DNA of 57,027 nt, from the NCBI GenBank assembly GCA_032718475.1, contig JAUCBJ010008351.1, positions 1-57,027 on the forward strand. Direction: 5' to 3'. This stretch comes from Nemertoderma westbladi (Eukaryota; Animalia; Xenacoelomorpha). This document shows, one piece after another, positions 1 through 13,084 of the stretch. The notes below the pieces were generated by a model. That model did no database searches and had not been told where the DNA came from. It saw only the letters and a program-made list of their open reading frames with translations. Made by a program: the position numbers and the translations under genes. The first letter of the stretch is position 1. Each line of letters starts with the position of its first letter.

Positions 1-1953
1 CTTGCCACTATGATTATCACAAGCGACTACCTCATGTCTACGATGAATTGAATTGTAATTATGAATTTAACTCCATACAAAAAGTTAAATATGCAATTTA
101 ATATGCATTATTTACTATAGATGTAAAATACGGACCCACCAAATGCCAATCTACGCCTCAATCCGGACTTAACAGAAGTTAACAAAAAATTATGGCAACT
201 TCTTATTTAATTAGTTGTAAATATTAAGTTCATTAAAATTCCATTCGAATCCTGCAACATTATATTACTCTTATTATTTCAACCAAACAAGTTAACTGTT
301 TTAGTTAGAACATTGCTGCATCATCTGGCCGATACTATTAGGGGCTGCATGTGCTGCATGTTATTCTGTCTTTATGGCAGGCAACATGATACTCCCAAAC
401 TACCGTTGTATCTCCAATGTTACCCACTATAATCCCAATCGTAATAGTACCTAATAAGTTATCCGCATGAACCACAGCAGGGAACTTGTACTACCACCTA
501 CCTCGGCTCTGGCAGTTTCTATTAAATATGAGATAGATACGATGTGACTGCTTCTAATATAGTTACAATCAGCGTTTTTCCTTGAAACACAAAATAATAA
601 TTTTGTGTTTTATCTTGTGTATTATTAACTGTATAATTAAAATAATATGGAGTTTTTTATAATTTCAGTGTTTTCATGTTCCACTCGTTTTATCAGGTGC
701 TATAGCTCCATATCTTGTTCCGCCATACTTAAATTTCATATCTACATCTCATTTTTCCAATGATGTAGATGGGTAGATTTGGTGTATTACAGTATAATTC
801 GGTATTTATCTATGAGTAACGACATTATATATTACCGGCTAAACGCTGCTTAATTTATTAATTAGTCGATCAAGATCTTCTGAATTACTCCATAATGTAT
901 TTAATACATGTATACCTAATATATTCACTTCTTAAACAATCAATATTTTTGTGCTAAATATTTTATTACTTACAACTAACTGTGAATCCTCTATGATGGA
1001 TGCAGACCCTCTAATGTTAATGATCTGTTCATCCAATTTGTTAATATTACTCAAAATATATTCTAATTATTCGAATCATTAGTTTATTAACAAAAAACGT
1101 GCATTAACAACAATATTGACGACAACTTAAAGAGGAAAACCCAAGATAGTATAATATTGCGATCGTTTTATTGTTATTTTCATTTCAACGACGGTTTTTA
1201 ACCTTTATAATATAATATCATATTCTTCTTCATAAAGTGTCAAAAAACTCATTTATTTTTACCATTACATTACAGGATAATAATATACTGCAAAGAAGTA
1301 GTGTCAATGGTGCTGAAACACATGTGGCTTGTTGTTTAGACTAGCTTAGCTACCCCCCATAAATATTTAGTTATAATAAATTAATTACCATTTTCATGTT
1401 TACGCATATATTTCAGTTTTTCTTGTCAGTAACGCTCTGAAAGTTAAGACTGAAAAATAATGTGAAAATTCTAGGTGTTCAATTTCTTTTTTTGGTATGC
1501 AAATATATTTGCTATCAAAATTATCGATAACTTATCATTTTTAAATGTGAAAAATGAATTTTATAATTAACTACTGTTAGTATTTGTTTAATAGTTCATT
1601 GTTTAAAAATAATATAATATTATATTCAACGGCACATTTTTTTATTATAATCCCCGTGCGTATATTTATCGTAAATTTATTTGAATTGTTTTTTTTTCAT
1701 GTCATCATTAATAAATAAATTTGTATTCAAATTCATGATCTCTTTATAATATCTAATCTGCCGCAGTCAATGGTGCAAAGCCGGAAAACAGAGCCGCCGC
1801 AAACCGCTAGCTCATGCTATATCCGTATGTCCGGTCCGATCAGAGAAGTAAAGTAATTGTTTTCCCACCAGGAGGTTTCTATATTCCAATGTCGTGATCG
1901 TGAACAGTCTGATCCTCCCTGCAATAGCGGTGGCTGGCTAGCTTTAAGTGGAG

Positions 1954-2455
1954 TGTGGGGCGAACCACGAAGGTAGCAGAGCCTTAGCCTAACTGGCACT
2001 GTTAGGGGGTGGGTTAATTTTAACAAATAGTTGTTGTCGTGCGATTGTGACATACTAATAACTTTGTCGCATTTAGAGCTGTCGTGTTGACAATTTTTAG
2101 GTCTCAATAGGGAGATTTATGAGAGACTTTCAGACGTGATCAGTTCAGTTTCAGTATTTACCTGGCTGCTAGAGGGCTACATGTCTAAACATTAAATGTC
2201 CTCCCACTTCCTTGCGTTTAATCCCTTCAACCTAAAATTTGTGAGATATTTACTAGACTATATTAGCTGTGTCTTTCCATTCTATTTCTTCTACATCACA
2301 TTTTTCTGCGGTCTTAAATCGTCTACAGGTACCCAGTCTGCCGCTAGGGGGTAAACGTTGTTAGGGGACATATGCTTATATTATGGTGGTAATTCTTTCG
2401 AGTTGACACTTAACATACATTTATAAAATGTGCTGCGCGAAGGCCCCACTTTGTG
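1954..2455 (+). mobile_element. Short non-autonomous rolling-circle-like (Helitron/Helentron-type) element, same family as 3321-8016
   Basis: Begins TGTGGGGCGAACCACGAAG and ends GTGCTGCGCGAAGGCCCCACTTTGTG, matching the termini of 3321-8016. The internal sequence aligns with that copy. No TSD seen. The superfamily call is inferred from architecture. Confidence 0.5.
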
Positions 2456-3569
2456 TATAGCATATACAACATAGAAGAATGTGAATTGATACTGTATCAA
2501 CAAACACCGTATTGATTGTATTGGTTCGGATTCGGACCACAGTATCGTGGCTGCATGCATTTTGATGCTTGTTGATAGCGAATCAACTATGTATGACAGC
2601 TGAGAAACTTAGAAATGATATTGCAGTAATGGATGTTTTGATGTTTACTACTACTACTATTAATGGATGAAGAAGACTGGTCCGCCGATTCTATCTACCA
2701 GAATATAATAATAGCCACAACAAAAGAACCAGCTAGAAGCGTATTCCCCAGAAACCGAAATGAAAACAGTACTGTATGTACGAAAACAAGACGATATGAC
2801 AAGATATTATTATGACTGAGCAAAATCGATAATAATCAACTAAAAAACCCAAAAAGTAAAGATATTGATAAATTTATTTTCACACAGATTAGCAAAAATA
2901 TAGTAATCTGCTGGTACTTTGTGTTCTCCTCCACTATAGCAAAGCTACTTCAGCTTTGGACCGCCCACACGATCAGAGGAAGAAGTCAAGAGAGTTAGAT
3001 ATTATAGGCATGCATATAATGGCTGCATGTTGCCATGGTAATCAGAAAACTTGAGAGTGAAAATCGAAAAGCAAAATTCCTAGGTGTGATTTTGAGTTGA
3101 TGGCATTCTTCTTGTTAAATCTGTTTTAAGATGTGAATTCTTAGTTTTTGCATTGCTATGAAACGCTTACTGTAATAGTTTATAGATTTTGGTACCAAAA
3201 TTTGTGCTCTGGCTGCACTCAAGCTCCCTGTTATTTGCGGGTTTGGGGCCTTGTGGCTACCACAAAGCCAACCCTCCTACCCACAGCAGTGTTGTACCAA
3301 TATTGAATCATTGATCTTCTTGTGGGGCGAACCACGAAGTTGGCGGAGCCTTAACGAATTGACACTGTTAGGGGGTGGGTCAATTTATGCAAATAGTTGT
3401 CGTCGTCGTCGTTGTCGTCGTCGTCGTTGTCGTCGTCGTCGTTACGATTTTGACATGCTAATAACTTTGTCGGATTTAAAGCTGCCAAGTTGAAAATTTG
3501 TAGATATCAATATGAGCAAAAGTTGAGATTTTTGAGAGACTTTCAGACACCATCAGTGCAATGGTCTCC

Positions 3570-5012
3570 CGCTAGAGGGCCACATGTCTAAACATTAAAT
3601 GGCCACCCATTTCTTTGCTTTTAATCCGTTTAAGCTGAAACTTGGGAAGTATGTACTAGACCATTAGCTGTAAATTTCAAAGGAGGCTAATCTGTCTGCA
3701 GTTCTCTAGTCTGCCGCTAGAGGGCGAAATGTCCCGAATGTGAAATTATTCTTCCATTTAGTTGTTTATGATCTGATTACGCTGAAACTTGTCATATATG
3801 TACTAGATGACATCCTGAGTCTTTGTGTGGATTGTAATCGGTCCGAAGTTTTCCAGTCTGCCGGTAGAGGGCCACATGTCTAAACATTAAATGGCCACCC
3901 ATTTCTTTGCTTTTAATCCGTTTAAGCTGAAACTTGGGAAGTATGTACTAGACCATTAGCTGTAAATTTCAAAGGAGGCTAATCTTTCTGCAGTTCTCCA
4001 GTCTGCCGCTAGAGGGCGAAATGTCCCGAATGTGAAATTATTCTTCCATTTAGTTGTTTATGATCTGATTACGCTGAAACTTGTCATATATGTACTAGAT
4101 GACATCCTGAGTCTTTGTGTGGATTGTAATCGGTCCGAAGTTTTCCAGTCTGCCGGTAGAGGGCCACATGTCTAAACATTAAATGCCCTCCCATTTCTTT
4201 GCTTTTAATCCGTTTAAGCTGAAACTTGGCAGATATGTATTAGACCATTAGCTGTGACTTTCAAAGGAGGCGAATCCATCTGCAGTTCTCCAGTCTGCCG
4301 CTAGAGGGCCAAATGTCTGAAAGTGAAATCGTTGTCGTCGTTACGATTTTGACATGCTAATAACTTTGTCGGATTTAAAGCTGCCAAGTTGAAAATTTCT
4401 AGGTATCAATATGAGCTAAAGTTGAGATTTTTGAGAGACTTTCAGACACCATCAGTGCAATGGTCTCCCGCTAGAGGGCCACATGTCTAAACATTAAATG
4501 CCCTCCCATTTCTTTGCTTTTAATCCGTTTAAGCTGAAACTTGGCAGATATGTATTAGACCATTAGCTGTGACTTTCAAAGGAGGCGAATCCATCTGCAG
4601 TTCTCCAGTCTGCCGCTAGAGGGCCAAAGGTCTGAAAGTGAAATCGTTGTCGTCGTTACGATTTTGACATGCTAATAACTTTGTCGGATTTAAAGCTGCC
4701 AAGTTGAAAATTTGTAGGTATCAATATGAGCAAAAGTTGAGATTTTTGAGAGACTTTCAGACACCATCAGTGCAATGGTCTCCCGCTAGAGGGCCACATG
4801 TCTAAACATTAAATGGCCACCCATTTCTTTGCTTTTAATCCGTTTAAGCTGAAACTTGGGAAGTATGTACTAGACCATTAGCTGTAAATTTCAAAGGAGG
4901 CTAATCTTTCTGCAGTTCTCCAGTCTGCCGCTAGAGGGCGAAATGTCCCGAATGTGAAATTATTCTTCCATTTAGTTGTTTATGATCTGATTACGCTGAA
5001 ACTTGTCATATA
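3570..5012. repeat. Higher-order tandem repeat (~145-165 bp monomers in ~300 bp dimers), continuing degenerately at 7241-7920
   Basis: Recurrent CCGCTAGAGGGC...GCTGAAACTTG...ATGTACTAGA units; 3570-3860 repeats at 3863-4160 and again from ~4785. Confidence 0.9.
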
Positions 5013-7240
5013 CAGTCCCTATCTCATTCTGAATATTATTTCTCAAACTGGGTATCATTTCTCAAACCTTTTACTAATGATAGTCAACGGAGAATTTCAG
5101 TAGGTAAGACTGGGGTAAGAGTTGAGAAATCAGAAAGATGCAGCCAGCTCAATCTAACTCAAACTGGAGTCTGGCGCCATGGTTTGAGTTAGGTTGACTT
5201 CCAACTGTGCCATACTCAGCATTACTCTTCCGTACGGGATGGATAATTACTCTGGTTGAGTGAGGCACCACATGGGGAAGGGGCCTCTGTCTGTTGCTTG
5301 GGCTCTTGAGTTAATGGGTTGAATTACATAAGCTGGGCAGGCCGGCTTGCGTGTGTCTCATAAAAGACATGTCAATCACGCAGTTCCTTTGTGGGCTCTA
5401 CTAAATGTATGTTGTTAACTAAACCACACTGGCTCGGTCTGTTTGTAGAGTAATTCTGGGAATATTGTTGTGGGAAATTGGTGCTCTGTTGTCTGTCTGT
5501 TTGATGTCAATTGGTGCCTTACAAGACATATCAGTTTAAAAATCTAATGGTTAAATAAGAATTATTAGTGCATATGGGACCTCGGATTCCCCGTACTTAG
5601 TTCCAATTTAAGCCTCATGCGAATTTAGTTCCAATGGAAACGAATTTAGTTCCAATTTAGGCGAACTTAGTTCCAATAACTGTAGAAAAACGAAAACGAA
5701 TTTAGTTCCAATGGATGCGAATTTAGTTCCAATGGATGCGAATTTAACTCCAATGGATGCGAACTTAGTTCCAATGCATGCGAATTTAGTTCCAATGGAT
5801 GCGAATTTAGTCCCAATGGAAGCGAATTTAGTTCCAAAGGGGCGAGCCACGTAGTTGGCGAAGAATCTGTTTAATGACACTATTAAGAGGCTGGTTAAAC
5901 AATAATTGTAAATAACTAACCCATAACGCCCAACCTCCTAACCAAAACAATCTTATCCCAAACAACGCCCAAGCTCATAACCCAAACTACGCCCAACCTC
6001 CTAACCCAAACAACGCCCATCCACCTAAACCGAAACAACTAGTAAATATTGTATTTGGTGTGATAAATGGCACAATGTGCATGACTTGAGTATATAATAC
6101 TACAGACTCAGTCAGTCAGTATCAGTACACTCGTCATTAATATATAATTCAAAATGTGTAATTATACATTTAATAATAATTCGTTTTTTAAAAATGACGG
6201 AATGGTTTTACAATTATTTACAATTATTGTTGACCCTGACCCACCCCAATATTGACAATACGCAATCGGCTTCGCCTACTACGTGGCTATCCCCACGATT
6301 AAAACTTTGAAACTAAGTTCGTACCCATTGGAACTAAATTCGCTTCCATTGGAACTAATTTCGCTTCCATTGGAACTAAATTCGTTTTTATATTCTGGGA
6401 TTGAAACTAAGTTCGCCTCGATTGGAACTAAGTTCGCCTCGATTGGAACTAAGTTCGCTTTGTAAAATTTATTTTGGAACTAAATTCGTTTCAATTGGAA
6501 TTAAGTTTGTCTTTGAAAATGTGCGATTGGAACTAAGTTTGTGCTACCGGGACCTCGCAACACCCACACCCCCCCCCCCCCCCCCCCCCCTCCCATAAAT
6601 ATGGCCCTGTCTATAATTACAGAGGTTTCCTCAGGCCCCTTTGCCCGGTATACCCACCCCACACCCGGATGTATTGCGAATAATTGTGTTGACGATGTAA
6701 TAGAGAATTAAACATTAGTAAACCATTAAAGTTAAACATTAGAAACATTAGCGAAATATACGCGACATTAAATTAAATTTATAAAATTGGTTGGTTATAT
6801 TATATGGTTATATTTTAATTTAAAATAACGTTAATATGTTATGAGTCATACATACTTAATAAATGTAATAAAAAATTAATAAATCTTCAGTTTAATAATT
6901 TAGCATATAATTTTTTTATTCTGAAATTTAAAAATAAATTGAGTCACTGAGTCTGCAACTTAATTCTCACTATCTACTGGAGTTAATTACACACAAACAA
7001 ATCAAGTTTAGGGAATGTTATAACAGCAGGAGACCATCAAACCCGTATGCAGAGTTAACAGAAGCGAGTGGGCCATTAAACACAGACAGCTTGTTGTATG
7101 AATGCTACACAGTGCACAATGGGGGGTTATGCGAGTTTGAGTTGGGTTTGAGTAAATCAGACAGGTTTGAGTTAGTAAGAGTGAGGTAAGAGAAAAGGTA
7201 CCCAGTTTGAGAAACGGTATCTAGAATGAGATAAGGACTG
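5013..7240. mobile_element. Non-autonomous Tc1/mariner-superfamily DNA transposon
   Basis: TIRs CAGTCCCTATCTCATTCT / AGAATGAGATAAGGACTG. TA duplication at 5011-5012 and 7241-7242. Removing the element restores the host repeat GTCATATATGTACTAG. Subterminal TTCTCAAACTGGGTA / TACCCAGTTTGAGAA. Confidence 0.85.
5585..6548. mobile_element. Foldback/MULE-like non-autonomous element with modular 21-bp repeat arms
   Basis: Perfect 9-bp TSD GGGACCTCG (5576-5584 and 6549-6557). The left arm is an array of GCGAATTTAGTTCCAATGGAT and the right arm is its reverse complement. Central ~21-bp AACCCAAACAACGCCC repeats. Confidence 0.85.
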
Positions 7241-9129
7241 TATGTACTAGATGACATCCTGAGTCTTTGTGTGGATTGTAATCGGTCCGAAGTTTTCCAG
7301 TCTGCCGGTAGAGGGCCACATGTCTAAACATTAAATGTCCTTCCCATTTTTTGCTTTTAATCCGTTTAAGATGAAACGTGGCAGATATGTACTAAACCAT
7401 TAGCTATGACTTTCAAATGAGGCGAATCCGTTTACAGTTCTCCAGTCTGCCGTTAGAAGGCAAAAATGTCCCGAAAGTGAAATTAATCTCCCATTTAGTT
7501 ATTTATGATGTGATCAAGCTGAAACTTGTCATATATGTACTAGAAGACATCCTAAGTCTTTGTGTGGACAGTAATCGGTCCGGAGTTTTCGAGTCTGCCG
7601 CTAGAGGGCGAAATGTAGGAAAGTGATAACCTTCGCGAATTCCTTGATCTTAATCTATTTAAGCTGAATTTTGGAATATACAGTACCGGTATGTACTAGA
7701 CCACATGCCTCGTCTTTGTGAGGAAGGTGATCGATCCGTAGTTCTTTAATATGCCGCTAGAGGGCTAAATGTATGAAAGTGAAAACCTTCCAACGTTTCG
7801 TTATTTATGATCCGTCAATCGGAAACTTGGTAGATATGTAATAGACCATAGGCTGTGGCTTTGTAGGGAAACTAATCCTCCCTTCTTCAGTTACCCAGTC
7901 TCCCGCTAGAGGGTTAACGTTTTCCGGGAAAATCTTCTCCTATGTTTTTATAATCCTTTCGAGTTGATACTTAGCATTAACTCATTTCACGTGCTGCGCG
8001 AAGGCCCCACTTCGTGTTAGTTAGTTGTTGGCTGGTTGTTCTTGCTTTCTGGACAATGTGCTGTGCAATGGCTATCCGGTTAGAGAAATAGAGATTACTC
8101 AAATAATGATCCACAAGTCGATTGTTTTCTAAGTCATTGATTAATTTGCAGCGTTTCCAGCCATTCCTCAGATATGGACACGGGCCGGGCTTGGGCCGCA
8201 ATTCTAAATATTGGACAGCCCGCTATTGTTGAATAATTATATGATCCATTTAACAAAACTCAAAAATATGTCAATTTTTGTTACACATTTTTTTTTCACA
8301 AAATTAAATTAAATATCTATATGTAATTTTCCTGTAACTAGGGCTGCTTCATGATTTATTTGTGTCTTTGTTTAACTTTGTGGGGCGAGACACGTATGGC
8401 GAGCCATCAGCGAACTGATATAATTATACTATGGCCGTTTTTCAAAAGTCTGTGTGTGTGTGTGTGTCGGAAGCCATAAATGTCGGAAGCCATAATCGAA
8501 GTTAATATCTTCAGCTAAATTGTATGGTTGAGTCATTTTGAACGGTCTCTCCATGGAAATTAATTGTTTAGCACCATACGATTAAAGTTATTTTGCACAG
8601 AAATTAGATATCTGGAATCCATGTACCCCATCCCATTATAGTTTTTTATTTTTTCAAGTGATTTGCGTTAATAAATGTATTTTTAATTGATTTAAACATA
8701 ATTAACATTGTAAATTCATACGCTGATTCCATTCTCCCCCATAGAGCCTAAGGCATGGCAAGGGCAGCCGTGCCCAATAATATTTCTTGAAGTTTTACAT
8801 TACTGCAAGCTAAAGTCTTTGACCAAGCCAGTGCCTAGGCTAGTACACAAGGACATAGTACAGTAGTCCAGTATAAGGAATAGTGCTCCTTCAATACATC
8901 TCAACAGACATCAATAATTCATTTGCCTGTGCCTACCAACGCATGCTCCATAACATAACATATATTCTTGATTTCCATCACCTCTCACCACAATTATTAT
9001 TATTAGTAATTAAAAGTTTCAATTCGGTTTGTCTTTCCGTTATCTGGTTATTCAGTTATTGCATTATTAATAAATAAATGTTTTAAAATATATCTTACGA
9101 AATATGGTTAATAATTAAAACTTGTCGCT

Positions 9130-9665
9130 AACATTCTCGCTATGGGGGTTTTAAGGAGTGCTGATTACATTTCTGATGTCAGTTTTCACGTTTACATAAA
9201 TCTAGTCTGTCTGTCTGTCGGTCATTCTGTCAGTCAGTCTGTCAAAACTTAAAAGATAATTCAAATTAACTAACATCCTCGTTATGGGGGTTTTAAGCGG
9301 TGCTGATTTCATTTCTGATGTCAGTTTTCAGGTTTACATAAATCTAGTCTGTCTGTTTGTCGGTCTTTCTGTCAGTCAGTCAGTCTGTCAAAACTTAAAA
9401 AAGAATACAAACTAACTAACATTCTCGTTATGGGGTTTTAATGGGTGCTGATTTTATTTTAGATGTCAGTTTTCACGTTTAAAAAAATCTAGTCTGTCTG
9501 GCTGTCGGTCTTTCTGTCAGTCAGTCTGTGAATACTTAAGAAAGTATACTAACTAACCATCATTCTCGCTATGGGGGTTTTAAGGGTTGCTGATTTCATT
9601 TCTGATGTCAGTTTACACGTTTACATAAATCTAGTCTGTCTGTCTGTCGGTCTCTCTGTCAGTCT
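9130..9665. repeat. Tandem repeat, ~145 bp x ~4
   Basis: ATTCTCGYTATGGGGGTTTTAAG..GTGCTGATTTCATTTCTGATGTCAGTTTTCACGTTTACATAAATCTAGTCTGTCTG recurs at ~9130, 9272, 9418 and 9561. Confidence 0.9.
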
Positions 9666-9842
9666 GAACTACTGTACTGTGGTTGGCATTACGCCATATA
9701 CCTAACACTAATAATACAGTCTACAATACAGCCTATCTACAGTACAGAATCGATTGTTTGCCATGAAGAGCAATAAATGTCATTAATACTATCCACCAGT
9801 ATACCTACTCCAAGAGCCTTCCAATAAAACATGTATTCCAGC

Positions 9843-9915
9843 ATGACGTCCACTGCACGTCTTCGTGCTGTCCATGGTGACGTGCAGTGGACGTCATTAG
9901 GCTCTAAGGGGTTAA
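9843..9915. mobile_element. piggyBac-like element terminus with 19-bp perfect inverted repeat
   Basis: ATGACGTCCACTGCACGTC (9843-9861) / GACGTGCAGTGGACGTCAT (9879-9897), followed by AAGGGGTTAA. The partner end was not located. Confidence 0.4.
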
Positions 9916-9972
9916 GCAACACGGTCCCTACTTCGCCCTGTCGACACCCCAGCCATTTTTCACCAATCCTTT

Positions 9973-11230
9973 TGTACGCGCTTTTGGAAGACCTTTAGCA
10001 GTTTAACCTGCCAAAATTTATATGTCTTTTGGTTTATAAATATACTTTAGAAGATGACAAATATTTAATACCAATAAACACAACATTAGCAGAAGCCAGC
10101 CTAGTGCGCGTCCATTCACCCGCTGGATATTCCCGGGAGACTGGATTCTGAGGGCTTAGATTATTATTGCAGTGAAACCTACTGTATTATTCGATTGATC
10201 GTTAATAAATAATTTCTGACTAATATTATTCACTTTCGGGAAATATTAACAGTTCCTTTAGGACGTGGCGCTCTATCTAAGTAAACAGAGATATGACTTA
10301 CACTAATCACAACGGTAAGTCGGTAAGGCTTATGATTCACGTATGAGGCGCATTCTTTAGGAAATGCTTAGTTATCAGTCACAATCATGCACACTACCGG
10401 TAACACACAATACTGCTCACTAATTTGCCGACCGTCAATGAATTTTATCATATATAGAGAGAACAGCAACGGACCAATGTAGTGCTTATCAAATAGCATT
10501 AAATTCACTACAAACCACAATAATATAAGTCGCAATCGCTATATATAACCCGTCTCTCTAACCTGTAGTGTATCAAGAAAATTGGGAAATTTGGGTTCTT
10601 TATAGATGTTCTCCAAATAATATTCAACCAAAACACAACAGTAAACAGCATTAAGACAGTAGGTTAAGATATGATATGACAACAACACAAGTAATGATAT
10701 GTGATATATGACATAGACTGGACTGATAACAGTTATACGCTCTATAATCTTGAGCCTACTAATGTTTCTTCTAAAGTATGAAAACGAGTTGACTCTAGAG
10801 CCGGTGTTCCTGGCCTAGATAGCAACAACACAACAGTATCACAAAAAACAGTAAGACTGAACGCTCTAGCATGATCTGCCCAAAAGCTCCACATCTACAG
10901 AAAAAATCGCCCTGATTGGTCAACCGAACCACGAGAGAACAAAGAAACAAAGAAATGTCGACGTGGCAATATCAGCTGTTAGCCGTCATCATGGTAGCGA
11001 CACTGTTTTCAAGAGTATCTAGCTTATCACGTCACGAGATTGCGGATTATGTCCTCTAAAGTACAAATCTAGAAGAATGACTTTTATGTCCGTTAAAACA
11101 CCTATAATGGTACCTTGCGGGCGAGGGGAATATATATATAGTTAGAGAGCCTTTTAGAGTATTCCAGCGCCTGGGGGGAAACTGGATTGCAAAGCAAAGG
11201 GGCCAGTTATATCCCACAGAAGCTTTTACA
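9973..11230 (-). repeat. E1 3' LTR
   Basis: TGTACGCG...CTTTTACA, a direct repeat of 22819-24075 with about five substitutions and one 1-bp indel by eye. Preceded on the minus strand by the purine tract GGGAGCGG (11231-11238). Confidence 0.95.
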
Positions 11231-11308
11231 CCGCTCCCAGAAAATGGGATTTGAGTCTATAAATATACAAAAATCACAGTTTCTAATATACGTAAATACT
11301 CTAAACAG

Positions 11309-13084
11309 TTAGTCTTTCTTGCGCGGACGGCGTTTACGCAGTTTCTTAAAGCTAGCCAGAGTCCTTTTCTCTTTGGGGCGAGCCACTTTACAAGGAGGGC
11401 TATAGCTCCTGGGTGAAGGGTGCAATATGATTGCATCAGAGGGTGTAGGATTATGGTCGGTGTATCCGCCAGTCGAAGTACCGGGTTGATTGACATCAAC
11501 GTCCGGGGAGAGGGGTCTAACGGCTTTGAGAGCGCGTTTTAAGACAGCCGCTCTTACGGGTCCTTTACGAGTAGTCTGAACGAGAGCCATAGGTGGACCA
11601 AAGGCAGTTAGAAACTTCCTGGGTTTAATGGTTCTTTCCAACTCGCGTTCGCGGGCTCGGTATTCATAAGGCCGTCGATATACCTCCTGTAACTCAGGGT
11701 GTGAGTTAACAAATAAGTCTCCATAGTCTGGATCTTGACGGATATAATTGATTAAGTTATAGGAGTGAATGTCGCTAGGATTAATACTCCGGAGAAATTT
11801 GCGCACAAACTTGGTTGAAATACATTCTCCGACACGCTTCAGTAGCTCGTAACTCGATATGCGTGATTTCTGTTCAACAGAAGCGAATAGATAAGGATGG
11901 AACGCATAAACTCCTTCGTAAGCGCGTCCGGGATAATAGCGATGGCGCGAATCACAATGTAAATCAGCGTTCGCTTCCCAAGCTCGGATGTAACGTAGTG
12001 TGATCATTTCATCTACGCTTTCCAAATCGCGATTAAAAGGGCAATCGAAACTGGCGTGTCCCTTTAGTTGACAATGGTGACATTGAGTCATAAATTGAGG
12101 GCAAACCGCAAAGATATGCAAGTTATTGAGTCTGCAATATGCGCAATAAATTTCCATAGTCGGTTGTTCTTGGAAATAGGAACAGCGGACGTTGGTGTCC
12201 ATGGGCGTATCGTGGTCTCTCGATGCACATAACCGACAACGTTGCCTAGAAACATAGTTGGCATGTCGATAATCGTACGCAGTGAGACACTGTGGACCTT
12301 GATACCATTCTATGATGTAATCGTTGTCGCTGTTCCGGGGCGCGATAGGCTGAATCTCCTCAGATTCTAAACATATTGGTTCGTCTTCCAAGTGCATAGC
12401 TGAGGTGGGCGTGTCTGTCTCTTCAGGTGGACCTATTGTCTGAATTTCCACGACAGAATAACCTGTGGGGATTCGAGGTCTTTGTATAACAGAGGAGTGC
12501 AAGTTCGATATACAAATCTCTTTGAAAATGGCGAATCCAGCACTATCCAACTTCTCTGCAGCTGAGATTCTTAGGCTGAGCTTGGTCAAAGCGCGGTCTT
12601 TAAATTGGCTATCCACGTTGCGGAACGGGTTTAAAAATCGCCGGAAACATTCGAAACGGATGAATTTATTATGTTCATCTAGCTTGGCGAGTTTGGTCCC
12701 AAGTATTAATGGATGGGCGCGTATAGTACGACTGCACACATCGGCTAGCCAACCGGCAAGTGCGGTGTTTTCAAAGATCGTGTAGATAGCTAAGGAGGGA
12801 CGGAGTGGAACACTCATGAAGCTATACACGGCGCCAGGTGCGGTCAATGGTCCATCAAAGTATAATCGAGAATAATGGTCTCCGTATACTTGTTGATAGT
12901 TAATGGGATTTCCGACTTTGAAATTCCATCCGTATTCCTGAAAGGCAAGATGTCCGATGGAAGTTCGTTGCACCTTTGTAATGTTGCTAGACGTATTAGC
13001 ATACATGGTGCGGAAGAAACCTCGACCTTCTGCCCAGGGAGCAATCAGCTGCGTATCAACGAAAGGGTATGGAATGTTCTCCAT
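11309..13084 (-). CDS. E1 accessory ORF: N-terminally truncated copy of the exonuclease-like/triple CCHC protein (591 aa)
   Basis: Differs at 11 of 591 aa from residues 423-1013 of ORF 35141-38182. Retains VDTQLIA, three CCHC knuckles and the basic tail KKLRKRRPRKK. Lacks the ExoI and ExoII motifs. Confidence 0.8.
   Translation of the reverse strand: MENIPYPFVDTQLIAPWAEGRGFFRTMYANTSSNITKVQRTSIGHLAFQEYGWNFKVGNPINYQQVYGDHYSRLYFDGPLTAPGAVYSFMSVPLRPSLAIYTIFENTALAGWLADVCSRTIRAHPLILGTKLAKLDEHNKFIRFECFRRFLNPFRNVDSQFKDRALTKLSLRISAAEKLDSAGFAIFKEICISNLHSSVIQRPRIPTGYSVVEIQTIGPPEETDTPTSAMHLEDEPICLESEEIQPIAPRNSDNDYIIEWYQGPQCLTAYDYRHANYVSRQRCRLCASRDHDTPMDTNVRCSYFQEQPTMEIYCAYCRLNNLHIFAVCPQFMTQCHHCQLKGHASFDCPFNRDLESVDEMITLRYIRAWEANADLHCDSRHRYYPGRAYEGVYAFHPYLFASVEQKSRISSYELLKRVGECISTKFVRKFLRSINPSDIHSYNLINYIRQDPDYGDLFVNSHPELQEVYRRPYEYRARERELERTIKPRKFLTAFGPPMALVQTTRKGPVRAAVLKRALKAVRPLSPDVDVNQPGTSTGGYTDHNPTPSDAIILHPSPRSYSPPCKVARPKEKRTLASFKKLRKRRPRKKD

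Larger units (their letters stand above)
3321..8016 (+). mobile_element. Non-autonomous Helentron/HINE-like element with 5' microsatellite and internal tandem array, interrupted by a nested DNA transposon
   Basis: 5' GTGGGGCGAACCACGAAGTTGG and 3' GCCCCACTTCGTG form a short subterminal inverted match (CACGAAGT/ACTTCGTG). A (GTC)n tract lies at ~3397-3442. The internal repeats resume exactly at 7241 after the insertion. Confidence 0.55.

Noticed and set aside
3251-3493. Arg/Cys-rich protamine-like ORF
   Set aside because: Product of the (GTC)n microsatellite.
5608-6598. ORFs with (GTKFASI)n / (LELNSLP)n repeats
   Set aside because: These are translations of the 21-bp foldback arm repeats.
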